Shown: positions 37,076 through 48,948 of the stretch, piece by piece
How positions within the stretch are numbered: position 1 is the first letter of the stretch
How the letters are laid out: each line of letters opens with the position of its first letter
Source of the DNA: Heterodontus francisci
Taxonomy: Eukaryota
Reading direction: 5' to 3'
Assembly: GCF_036365525.1 (NCBI RefSeq)
Contig: NC_090399.1
Location: 22,020,529 to 22,084,528, forward strand
Length of the DNA: 64,000 nucleotides
Translations under genes and position numbers: made by a program
The notes under the pieces: generated by a model
Told to the model about the DNA's origin: nothing
Database searches by the model: none
Seen by the model: only the letters and a program-made list of their open reading frames with translations

Positions 37076-38090
37076 CTTCTTTTCTTTGGCCTCCATGTCT
37101 CGAGAGACAATGGGTAAATGCCTAGAGCTGGTGGTCAGTGGTTTGTGGAGCAGTGCCTGGAGTGGCTATAAAGGCCAATTCTAGAGTAATGGACTCTTCC
37201 ACAGGCGCTGCAGATAAAATTGGTTGTCGGGGCTGTTACACAGTTGCCTCTCTCCTTGCACTTCTGTCTTTTTTCCTGCCAACAGCTAAGTCTCTTCGAC
37301 TTGCCACTCTTTAGCCCCGCCTTTATGGCTGTCCGCCAGTTCTGGCGATCACCGGCAACTGACTCCCACGACTTGTGATCAATGTCACAGGACTTCATGT
37401 CCCGTTTGCAGACGTCTTTAAAGCGGAGACATGGATGGCCGGTGGGTCTGATACCAGTGACGAGCTCGCTGTGCAATGTGTCCTTGGGGATCCTGCCACC
37501 TTCCATGTGGTTCACATGGCCAAGCCATTTCAGGTGCCGCTGGCTCAGTAGGGTGTATATGTTGGGGATGTTGGCCGCCTCGAGGACTTCTGCGTTGGAG
37601 ATGCCAAGGATTCTCTGGAGGCAGCGAAGATGGAATGAATTGAGACGTCGCTCTTGGCTGACATATGTTGTCCAGGCCTCGCTGTCATGGAGCAAGGTAC
37701 TGAGGACACAGGTTGATACACTCGGACATTTGTGTTCCGTGTCAGTGCGCCATTTTCCCACACCCTCTTGGCCAGTCTGGACATAGCAGCGGACACCTTT
37801 CCCTTGCGCTTGTTGATTTCTGCATTGAGAGACAGGTTACTGGTGATAGCTGAGCCTAGGTAGGTGAACTCTTGAACCACTTCCAGAGCGTGGTCGCTGA
37901 TATTGATGGATGGAGCATTTCTGACGTCCTGTCCCATGATGTTCGTTTTCTTGAGGCTGATGGTTAGGCCACATTTGTTGCAGGCAGCCGCAAACCTGTC
38001 GATGAGTCTCGGCAGACACTCTTCTGTGTGGGATGTTACTGCAGCATCGTCAGCAAAGAGGAGTTCCCTGATGAGGACCTTCCATACTTG
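37076..38090 (-). mobile_element. RTE LINE, 5'-truncated
   Basis: Homologous to 45460-46484; 14-bp TSD TGCTGAACCTTTAT at 37062-37075 and 38091-38104. Confidence 0.95.
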
Positions 38091-38638
38091 TGCTGAACCT
38101 TTATAAAGCTCTGGTTAGGCCCCAACTGGAGTATTACATCCAGTTCTGGAAGAAGAATGTGAGGGTCCTTGAGAGTGTGCAGAGAATAGTTCCAGGGATG
38201 GAGGATTTTAGTTACAAGGTTAGGTTGAAAAAACTGGCGTTGTTCACCTTCGAGCAAAGGAGATTGAGAGGAGATTTGATAGAGGTGTACAAGATGATAA
38301 CAGGGTCAGGTCAGTTAGACAAGGAAAAACTGTGCCCATTAGCTAATGGTACAAGGGCTAGGGGACACAGATTAAAGGTTTTGGGCAAGAGATCCAGGGA
38401 GAATGTGAGGAAGAACTTTTTTTATGCAGCAGGTGGTAATGACCTGGAACTCGCTGCCCACAAGGGTGGTGGAAGCAATCAATGACTTCAAAAGAAAATT
38501 GGATGGCTGCTTGAAGGAAACATACTTTTAGGGCTGGGGGATCGAATGGGGAAGTGGGACTGACTGGATAGTTCTGTGGAGAGCTGGCATGGACTCTATG
38601 GGTTGAATGGCCTCCTTCTGTGCTGTAAATGTCTCTAT

Positions 38639-39390
38639 GGACTGGATTTGACGTTGGGCAGACGAGAGCTGGCCACCAATGTAAAAGTCAGTGGCGAACC
38701 CATTTCTGCCTGGCCTGGGGATCCGTCCCACATTTTACGGGTCCCCAGGCTTTAATTATCCCGAGGCGGGACTTCCACCCACTTGAGGGAGGAGGTCCCG
38801 CCTCATTGAGCTGCCAGCCAATCAGCGGGCCGGCAGCTCTTGGTCCCAGCAGCGCCACCGGGAGCAGTGTCCACTTCTGGGAATGCAGCCCAGCCACTGG
38901 CAGATGAAGTCATGGAGCCGGGATTTCAGGTGAGTTTTGATTGCCTCGCCGGGGGTAATCGGTCGGACCCCGTCGAGGCAGGGGTAATCGTTTGGGGAGA
39001 AGGGGGCCGTGTTGTGTCTTGGGGGTGGTTGGGGAAGAGGGGGAAATCCTCACTTGGGCACCCTGTGCCCGATTTTCAGGGCCCACCCCCAAGGCGCTGA
39101 CAGGCCACCAGCTTTTACCTGGTGGTTTTTCCCGGCTCCAGGATGCCCGCTTCCCACGCGTACAATCCATGTGGAGGTGGGCATTAATTGGCCACTTAAG
39201 GGCTTTAACTAGCCTGGGGCGGGCGGCCCATTCTGCGCCCCCCACCCACCTCCCCGCCCTACGTAGAGTGAGGTGGAGGCAGGAGTGGGTTGGGAAGGCC
39301 TCCTGGAGCCTCCCGCTCCATTTACGCCACCACCCCACCCTCAAACCCCGCCACCATCTGACTCATTGTGGTGGCATAAAATTCTGGCTG
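38639..39390. mobile_element. GC-rich non-autonomous DNA transposon (Harbinger-like MITE)
   Basis: Abrupt GC/CpG-rich block; imperfect TIRs GACTGGATTTGACG / CATAAAATTCTGGC; internal inverted sub-terminal segments. Confidence 0.5.
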
Positions 39391-39409
39391 ATAACTCTCG
39401 TCTATCAAC

Positions 39410-40215
39410 CTTAGACAGCTGTTCCCTCATACCGCTTTAATTGGCTTTATTTAAGATTTAAGAAGTTTAGCATAACAGTCGTGTTTCTTCACTCTATGCC
39501 TCTATTAATAAATATAGGGATCGACAGCCAGTGGTTTTCATGCACCCAGTGGTTCTGATCTGGAATGCACTACCTGAGAGGGTGGAGGATGCAGATTAAA
39601 TCGTTGCTTTCAAAAGGGAATCGGATAAGTGCATGAAGAGAAAATATTTGCAAGGCGATCGGAAAATGGCAGGGGTTGGGGCTGGCTAATCTGCACTTGC
39701 AGAGAGTCGGCATGGAGATGACGGGCTGAATAGCCTCCTGTGTTGTAACCATGCAATGACTCTATTCATTCTATAATCCCATATGGTTTTGAACAGCCTT
39801 CTCAATTTACCCTGCCACCTTTAAAGATTTGTGTACACATAGTCCCAAGTCTCTCAGTTCCTGCACCCACTTTAAAATTGTCCTATTTGGTTCAGATTGC
39901 CTCTCCTCAATCTTCCTACCAAACTCTATCACTTCATACTTCCCTGCATTAAATTTCATCTGCTGTATATCTTCCCATTTCACTAGTCTGTCTCTGACCT
40001 CTAAAAGTCTGCTACCATCCTTTTCATTATTTGTTACATTTCCAAGATTCGTACCATCTGCAAACTTGACATTATGCCCTGTATACCCAAGTCCCAGGTC
40101 ATTAATATACATCAGATAGAGGAATGATCCTATTACAGATCCCTGGGGAACACCACTGTATACTACTCTAACTAACAACCAATCACCACTACATCCTCTC
40201 TTTACTGTCCCTTAA
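39410..40215 (-). mobile_element. CR1 RT fragment (with a plus-strand CR1 3' end at 39530-39770); continues at 43620-43965
   Basis: SGVPQGSVIGSFLYLMYINDL in ORF 39807..40178(-). Confidence 0.75.
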
Positions 40216-40217
40216 CA

Positions 40218-43200
40218 CAACAACTTTTATTTACATAGCACTTTTTATGTAATTAAACACACCAAAGCACTTCACTGGAGCATTATAAAGCAAAATTAGG
40301 CACCCACTCACGTAAGGAAATATTAGAGCAGATGGCCAAACGATTGGTCAAAGAGGCAGGTTTTAAGGAGCGTCTGAAAGGAAGAAAAAGAGGAAGCGGT
40401 AAAAAGATTTAGGGAGGGAATTCCAGAGCTTAGGGCCGAGGTAGCTGAAGGCACGGCAACCAATGGTGGAGCAATTAAAATCAGGGGTCCTCAAGAAGCC
40501 AGAATTAGATGAGCACAGTTATTTCGGAGGATTGTGAGGCTGGAGGAGATTACAGAGATGGGACAGGCAGAGATCATGGAGGGATTTGAAAACAAGACTG
40601 AGTATTTTACAATCGAGACATTGCATTACCCAGGAGCTCATGAAGGTCAGCGAGTACAGGATAGGTGAACGGGACTTGGTACGGGTAAGGACACGGCTAG
40701 CAGAGTTTTGGATGACCTCAAGTTTATGGAGGTTCGAATGTGTGAGGATGACCAGGGGTGTGTTGGAATATTCGTGTGTAGAGGTAACATAGGCATGATG
40801 AGGGTTTCAGCAGCTGATGAGCTGAGATGTGGCCGTCGTATTATGTTATGGAGGTGGGAATATATGGATTCTGTCATGGCAGAAGCTCACCTCTGGGTCA
40901 AATATAACAGGTTGCAGACAGTCTGGTTCAATTTCAGACAGTTGCCAGGGAGAGGGATGGAGTCGGTAGCTAGGGAACAGTGATTGAAGCTGGAACCGTA
41001 GTCAACGGCTTCAGTTATAGTATCATAGAGTTATATAGCGGAGAAACAGGCACTCAGCCCATCGTGTCTGTGCCGGCCATCAAGCACCTAACTATTCTAA
41101 TCCCATTTTCCAGCACTTGGCCCGTAGCCTTGTATGCTATGGCATTTCAAGTGCTCATCTAAATACTTCTTAAATGTTGTGAGGGTTCCTGCGTCTACCA
41201 CCCCTTCAGGCAGTCCGTTCCAGATTCCAACCACCCTCTGGGTGAAAACATTTTTCCTCAAATCCACTCTAAACCTCCTGCACATTACCTTAAATCTATG
41301 CCCCCTGGTTATTGACCCCTCCACTAAGGGAAAAGGTTTCTTCCTAACTAACCTATCAATGCCCCTCATAATTTTGTATACCTCAGTCTGGTCCCCCCTC
41401 AGCCTTCTCTGCTCTAAGGAAAACAACCCTAGTCTTTTCAGTCTCTATTCATAGCTGAAATGCTCCATCCCAGGCAACATCCTGGTGAATCTCCTCTGCA
41501 CCCTCTCCAGTGCAATCACATCCTTCCTATAGTGTGGTGACCAGAACTGTACACCGTACTCCAGCTGTGGCCTAACTAGCGTTTTATACAGCTCCATCAT
41601 AACCTCCCTACTCTTATATTCTATTCCTCGGATCATAAAGGCAAGTATCCCACATGCCTTCCTAACCACCTTATCTACCTGTGCTGCTGCCTTCAGTGAT
41701 CTATGGACAAGTACACCAAGGTCCCTCTGACCCTCTGTACTTCCTAGGGTCCTACCATCCATTGTATATTCACTTGCCTTGTTAGTCCTCCCAAAATGCA
41801 TCACTCACACTTCTCAGGATTAAATTCCATTTGCCACAGCTCCGCCCATCTTACCAGCCCATCTATATCGTCCTGTAATCTGAGGCTTTCCTCCTCACTA
41901 TTTATGACACCACCAATTTTCGTGTCATCTGTGAACTTACTGATCATACCTCCTATATTCACATCTAAATCATTAATGTACACTACAAACAGCAAGGGTC
42001 CAAGCACCAATCCCTGTCGTACACCACTGGTCACCGACTTCCCCTCTGCCTTCTGCCACTAAGCCAATTTGGATCCACTTTGCAATATTGTCCTGGATCC
42101 CATGGGCTCCTACCTTCTTAACCAATCTCCCATGCGGAACCTCGCTGTCCTCCAGTCCTCTGGTACCTCTCCGGTGGCCAGAAAGGATTTGAAAATTTGC
42201 ATCAGAGCCCCTGCAATCTCCTCCCTTGCCAATTATCCCAATTTTGGAGGCATTTCTGTCCATCTAGTATTGGATGTCGGATAAACTGTCTGATAATTTA
42301 GTGGAGGTGTCGGAAGAGGTGGTGGTGATGTGGAGCTGGGTTTTGTCACTGTACATGTGAAAATTAACACTGTGCTTTCGGATGATGTCCCTGAGGGGCA
42401 ACATGTAGATGATAAATAGGAAGCCAAGATAACAGTGTGGGAGCAGGAAGTGAAGCCATTGCAAGTGATTCTCTGGCTATAAGATACATAAGAATGGAAC
42501 CTGACAAGTGCAGTCCCTCCCAGCTGGATGACAGTGGAGAGGTGTTGGAAGAGGTTGGTGAGGTCAACTCTGCTAAAGGCTGCAGTCAGGTAAAGAAGGA
42601 CAAGGAGGAATATTGTGCCTTTGTCACAGACACATCGGATATTCATTGGTGTCTTTGAAAGGGGCTGTTCTGGTGCTGCAGCAGAGGCAGGGGCAGCTGA
42701 TTGGAAGAATTCCAACATGGAGTTTCGAGATACATGGGCACGGATTTGGGAAGCAGAAACATGTTCAAGGACAATGTAGAGGAAAGGGAGGCTGAAGATG
42801 AAGAGGTAGGTTTCAAGGAAGACGGGTCCAGATTTGGCTTTTCGAAGAGAGTGGTGATGACAATAGATTTAAAGGTGAGAGAGACAACACCTGAAGAGAG
42901 AGAACCATTTACAATATCAGCAAACATTGGAGCCAGGAAAGGGAGTGGATGGTCAGCAGTTTAGTTGGAATAGGATCGAAGGAGCAGGAGGTGGATCTCA
43001 TGGACAATGTTAGCTCAGAGAGGGCATGAGGGGAGATGGAAGAGAAAGATGAGAGTTCAGGGTAAGGTGGGTGGAATTTTGGCCCAGTGGGCTAGTGGAA
43101 GGGAGGGAAGCAGCAGAGGCAGAGGATTGGATGGTCTCAATGTTAGTAACAAAGAAGTCCATGAGCTTCTTGTACTTATTGTTGGAGGAAGCAGGGGAGA

Positions 43201-43615
43201 GGGGTTTAAGAAGATGGTTTGCAGTCGAGAAGAAAAGCTGGGGTTTAACTTTGCATTCCAGGATGCGCAGTTCTGGCAGATGAAAGCAGGACTCGATAGT
43301 CCTTAATGTTGTCCAGCCAGACCTGGCTGTGAATTGCTGAACCTGTTATTCACCATATCTGTTCAAATTTGCATCCCATGGACTTAAGGGAGTGGAAATG
43401 AGGGCCATACTGAAGAAACAGCCAGGGTGAGAGACAGAGTAATGGTTTTATTGGGGACTAGGGCATCAAAGGTGGAGGTGAGGGTGTGATTGAGCAAATC
43501 AGGAGCTGCAGAAATTTGGTGGTGAATAGAAGGCCAAGGGCTAGACAGTTTTGATTTTGAAACTACTGTTGTCAGTGAATTGGGGGATAGTTTTTCCCAG
43601 GGGCAGACACAGAAG
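40218..43615 (-). mobile_element. L2 LINE (40218-41015 and 42232-43615) split by a CR1
   Basis: [54 protein letters not shown]; typical L2 3' tail. Confidence 0.85.
41017..42230 (-). mobile_element. CR1 3' portion
   Basis: ORFs 41097..41426, 41445..41804 and 41801..42034 (-) form the RT C-terminal half. Confidence 0.9.
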
Positions 43616-43969
43616 CACTGTTCATTTGATCCCATAGGCTTTAATTTTGCTAATAAGTCTATTATGTGACACGTTAACAAATGCCTTTTGAAATCCATAT
43701 GCACATTCACCATACTACCCTCATCAGCTTAGTCAGTAATTCATCAAAGAACCCAATTAAGTTAGTCAAACCTGATTTGATTTGAACAAGCCATGGTGAC
43801 TTTCATTTATTAGATTATACCTTTCCAATTGCCAAAAAATATTGTTGCAGTTTAAAGTTTCCCTCCCACTGATGTTAGGCTGACTGACTTGTAATTACGG
43901 GGTTTATCCCTGTCTCCTTTTTTTCAACAGGGTTTTAACATTTACAATCCTCCATTCCTCTGGCATATA

Positions 43970-44350
43970 CAGGTGGAGGTATTCAAAATCATGAGGGGCT
44001 TTGACAGAGTAGATAGAGAGAAATTGTTCCCACTTGTGAAAAGATCGAGAGCGAGAGGGCACAGATTTAAAGTATTTGGTAAGAGAAGCAAAAGTGACAT
44101 GAGGAAAAACCTTTTTCACGCAGCGAGTGGTTAAGTTCAGGAATGTGCTGCCTGAGAACATGGTGGAGGCAGGTTCAATCGAAGCATTCAAAAGGGAATT
44201 AGACTGTTCTATGAAAAAGGAAGAATGTGCAGGGTTATGGGGAGAAGGCAGGGGAATGGGACTGAGCGAATTGCACTTTCAGAGAGCCAGTGCGGACACA
44301 ATGGGCTGAATGGCCTCCTTCTGCGTTGTAACAATTCTGTGATTCTATAT
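43970..44350 (+). mobile_element. CR1 3' end
   Basis: FFTQRVV-type terminus and CR1 3'UTR. Confidence 0.75.
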
Positions 44351-44543
44351 GTTTATAAAGGATTTTTGGGCTCCCTTTCATGTTATTCTCAAACTCTCTC
44401 TTTGCTCTGCTGTTGTGGCTATGTGGTGAGGGTTTAGGTGTTTCCCACTGTTCAGCTCCCACCTGACTGCAGCAATTTGTTTTGATATTAGTGTTTAACC
44501 CCTTTGTGTTTTATTTGAAGAATAAATAGACAGCGACAAGTTT

Positions 44544-46609
44544 AGGTTTTATTTAGAGATACAGCACTGATACAGGCCCTTCGGCCCACCGAGTCTGTGC
44601 CGACCAACAACCACCCATTTATACTAACCCTACAGTAATCCCTGCCCTCAATGCAGCCCAGCCTCTACCAGTCATGGATGAGCTGGACATACAGCCAACC
44701 AAATCGGAACTCAGTGATGCCATTGATTCTCTAGCCAGCGGAAAAGCCCCTGGGAAGGACAGCATTACCCCTGAAATAATCAAGAGTGCCAAGCCTGCTA
44801 TACTCTCAGCACTACATGAACTGCTATGCCTGTGCTGGGACGAGGGAGCAGTACCCCAGGACATGCGCGATGCCAATATCATCACCCTCTATAAAAACAA
44901 AGGTGACCGCGGTGACTGCAACAACTACCGTGGAATCTCCCTGCTCAGCATAGTGGGGAAAGTCTTTGCTCGAGTCGCTCTGAACAGGCTCCAGAAGCTG
45001 GCCGAGCGCGTCTACCTTGAGGCACAGTCTGGCTTTCGTGCAGAGAGATCGACCATTGACATGCTGTTCTCCCTTCGTCAGTTACAGGAGAAATGCCGTG
45101 AACAACAGATGCCCCTCTACATTGCTTTCATTGATCTCACCAAAGCCTTTGACCTCGTCAGCAGACGTGGTCTCTTCAGACTACTAGAAAAGATCGGATG
45201 TCCACCAAAGCTACTAAGTATCATCACCTCATTCCATGACAATATGAAAGGCACAATTCAACATGGTGGCTCCTCATCAGAGCCCTTTCCTATCCTGAGT
45301 GGTGTGAAACAGGGCTGTGTTCTCGCACCCACACTTTTTGGGATTTTCTTCTCCCTGCTGCTTTCACATGCGTTCAAATCCTCTGAAGAAGGAATTTTCC
45401 TCCACACAAGATCAGGGGGCAGGTTGTTCAACCTTGCCCGTCTAAGAGCGAAGTCCAAAGTACGGAAAGTCCTCATCAGAGAACTCCTCTTTGCTGACGA
45501 TGCTGCTTTAACATCTCACACTGCAGAGTGCCTGCAGAGTCTCATCGACAGGTTTGCGGCTGCCTGCAATGAATTTGGCCCAACCATCAGCCTCAAGAAA
45601 ACGAATATCATGGGGCAGGACGTCAGAAATGCTCCATCCATCAATATTGGCGACCACGCTCTGGAAGTGGTTCAAGAGTTCACCTACCTAGGCTCAACTA
45701 TCACCAGTAACCTGTCTCTAGATGCAGAAATCAACAAGCGCATGGGTAAGGCTTCCACTGCTATGTCCAGACTGGCCAAGAGAGTGTGGAAAAATGGCGC
45801 ACTGACACGGAACACAAAAGTCCGAGTGTATCAGGCCTGTGTCCTCAGTACCTTGCTCTACGGCAGCGAGGCCTGGACAACGTATGCCAGCCAAGAGCGA
45901 CGTCTCAATTCTTCCATCTTCGCTGCCTTCGGAGAATACTTGGCATCAGGTGGCAGGACTATATCTCCAACACAGAAGTCCTTGAAGCGGCCAACACCCC
46001 CAGCTTATACACACTACTGAGTCAGCGGCGCTTGAGATGGCTTGGCCATGTGAGCCGCATGGAAGATGGCAGGATCCCCAAAGACACATTGTACAGCGAG
46101 CTCGCCACTGGTATCAGACCCACCGGCCGTCCATGTCTCCGCTATAAAGACGTCTGCAAACGCGACATGAAATCGTGTGACATTGATCACAAGTCGTGCG
46201 AGTCAGTTGCCAGCATTCGCCAGAGCTGGCGGGCAGCCATAAAGACAGGGCTAAATTGTGGCGAGTCGAAGAGACTTAGTAGTTGGAAGGAAAAAAGACA
46301 GAGGCGCAAGGGGAGAGCCAACTGTGCAACAGCCCCGACAAACAAATTTCTCTGCAGCACCTGTGGAAGAGCCTGTCACTCCAGAATTGGCCTTTATAGC
46401 CACTCCAGGCGCTGCTTCACAAACCACTGACCACCTCCAGGCGCGTATCCATTGTCTCTCGAGATAAGGAGGCCCAAAAGAAGAACAGTAATCCCATATT
46501 CCCTACCATCTACCTACACTAGGGGCAATTTACAATGGCCAATTTACCTATCAACCTGCAAGTCTTTGGCTGTGGGAGGAAACCGGAGCACCCGGCGGAA
46601 ACCCACGCG
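44544..46609 (-). mobile_element. 5'-truncated V-SINE split by an RTE (44544-44642 and 46485-46609)
   Basis: The two halves join into the sequence seen at 2680-2895 and 3360-3580. Confidence 0.9.
44643..46484 (+). mobile_element. RTE LINE, 5'-truncated, RT domain intact, one frameshift near 45910
   Basis: NYRGISLLS, FIDLTKAFD, GVKQGCVLAP, LFADD, C-terminal CSTCGRACHSRIGLYSH; 11-bp TSD ACAGTAATCCC at 44632-44642 and 46485-46495. Confidence 0.96.
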
Positions 46610-48348
46610 GTTCTTGTAGGTTTAAAGCAGAATATCAATTATTTATTGATCAATACACCTTATCCCAAAATTGTTGCAACCACATTCACTCACGCATTTG
46701 CTCATGCGCGCACACACACACGCACACACAAGAAGAGACAGATAGAGAGGAAAAAGGAGTCAGTGGTTGTAAGTGGGGTAGGTTTCAGAGCGGTCATGGT
46801 AAACCTGCAGAATTCTCTCAGAAGCCAAGTTCTCGTCAGTTGCAGGCCTAAGGATGTTGTAGATTTCTCTCTTGGTTGAAAGTTCAGTTGAAGACAGTGG
46901 ATCACTTCTAATTCACTGCTGCATAAGTAAAGATGTAGAATTCTACAGCAGGGTGCTTCCCTTCTGGCTTGCTGGATACCTCCCAGCCCCTTGGCTGGAA
47001 ACAAGCTTCCTGGATGCATCTTTCTGGGTGTCTGTCCAGGGCTGCTTTAAGATAAAAATTTGTTACATCTCGCTTCTGCTGGGAGGCAGGGATTTTCACA
47101 CTGTAGTGACCGACAATGGCCCAGGATTTGGCTACTTTACACCTTCTTTGTTTCAGAAGAACCCATTCAATTCAGGAATGCTTCAGGATGGGTTTGCGCT
47201 GGGCGCAATTGACACCTCTTAGCTTTAAAGGTATTCTTTGTTCTAAACAGACAGCAGTTGCAGAAACGCCTTCCTATCCCCCAGGCAATTTTATACCAAT
47301 AGATATTGATCCTAGATACTGATCCATACTACAACTATAGTAAATGAGGGGAAGGCTCACTGTTAAGGAGCCTCTGTGAAGTAGCATGGGAGAGCTGAAG
47401 TAAGAAATGCTATTCTATCAGCCTGTTTTGCTGTTACCTTTGCCTGGCCTGGTCTTTCTAGACAGTGTTACCCCAATGGCTGGTGGGAGGCTGTTGACCT
47501 AAAAAAGACAGCAGGTTCGCTCTCCATGGAGGCACTGCCATTCCATTGGGATGGCGCCTCAGCAATCCTGATATTCTGTTGCAGCACAGACTGCTGCGCT
47601 GCTGATACGACCTTGAAAGCTCCTTTGAGCATTGCTATGTGCAGCCATGATGGCAGCAGTCTGACCCTGCATGGCCCCAAACTGGACTTCCATGGCAAAA
47701 AAAAGCAGAGATTTTATGACCTCAATCTGAGCTTCCACTGCAATGCTCAGATATTGTGTGGCTTCTGCCTGTGCTGCACTGGAAGCTGAGACGTTGCCAT
47801 TGGATGCTGCCTCATGGTTGGGTCTGCAAGTGTTCTCATGGACTGCGCCACCACTTCCTGGAAAGGGTGGGCTCCAAGCTCCGCTCAAAGCCCTGAACCA
47901 AGTTAGAGCCAAACTCCTCCAAGCTCCTTAACAGTGACAAGTAGCTCTTGGCAGGCCTGCCTATTGACCAAGCATTTCTGTGTCCAGGTCCATTAGCCTT
48001 TTTCTGTACGCCACCCCATGAAACTCATAACCTGAGCCTTCTGCAGCAAAACTTCTGTGCAACCTCACCCTCTGGAGAGTTGGCACTAGTGCAGTTCTTT
48101 CCCCTGGCCTGGCCTGCTTTAAGTGGCGTTCACCTCACATAAACCTGGGCCACTTCTGAGGCATTCAGCCACTCATTTTGCTCAATGCAATACACCCCCA
48201 GCACTCACTGATCACTCACTCAGCACTAGTGCCTGACTCACATCCACCTCTCTCTGCCTCCAAGTAGCTCCAGCTATTCAGCTATGGCAGGCACATCACT
48301 CAAACACAGTGCAACACATTTACTGACATTCTGCCCTCTCTCTTGCAG

Positions 48349-48510
48349 GAGAAGGTGGCACACAACAGAAGGAAGGAGAGCAGAACTGGCGAGGGACAAG
48401 GACACCTGCATCTCCTGAACCCGACAGATGAGCTGTCTCTCTCAGCATGATGGGACCAGCTGCAACAGAGCCCGTGGCAATTGCCATTGCTGTGAACGTT
48501 GGGGAAGATG
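48349..48510 (+). pseudogene. Decayed exon of a Harbinger-type Myb/SANT-like gene (transposon remnant, about 47460-48940)
   Basis: ctctcttgcAG|EKVAHNRRKESRTGEGQGHLHLLNP, resembling the xxHNRRE..TGGG segment of Harbinger Myb-like proteins; frameshifted; donor GTATG. Confidence 0.5.
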
Positions 48511-48948
48511 GTATGCTCTTGCCTTATGCCCCTTTTCAACTCCCAGCTCACCCTCATTCTGCTGTCTGTCATGAAGAGCAAGCTGCAGATGGTGAGACCA
48601 TGAACCTAATGGTTTCCACTCCGCCTCCCTTCCCTCATCCCAAATTTCCCCTTCTGATTTTCCGATTTCAGACTCCCAATAACTGCTGCCTTGCCAGCTG
48701 CAGCATCCCCAGGAGGAGAGAAAGAGAGCAACAACATACCACACATAAAGAGGCACCTTAACCTGTTCTAACACTGTCAGCCACCAGCTCAGATATTGGG
48801 AATGCATAGAATTAGGATCAGCACATAGTGAGTCATTGGGCACCAGTGGGCTGCAGCCAGGCCAGGGCGAAAGGATAGTTCGTGTGGCAGCTCCCTGCAA
48901 GGAGAGGTCCTAGACTTGTTCTGCTGCAGAGGACTCAGATGAGGACCT

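Larger units (their letters stand above)
35700..38637 (+). mobile_element. CR1 3' half split by an LTR-like insert and an RTE
   Basis: RISKFAKDTKLGG (35848 ORF) and MLNLYKALVRPQLEY (38090 ORF). Confidence 0.8.
44411..47300 (-). mobile_element. Solo-LTR-like element (44411-44543 and 46610-~47300) containing a V-SINE, which contains an RTE
   Basis: Layout resembles the LTR at 22652-22960 (GACA(A/G)GTTT..TTCTTG..GTTTAAA..TTTATT, CA-rich tract); distal boundary uncertain. Confidence 0.5.

Noticed and set aside
38629-39414. Cluster of overlapping GC-rich ORFs or a host CpG-island gene
   Set aside because: No recognisable domain; scarcity of stop codons is explained by GC content of an inserted element
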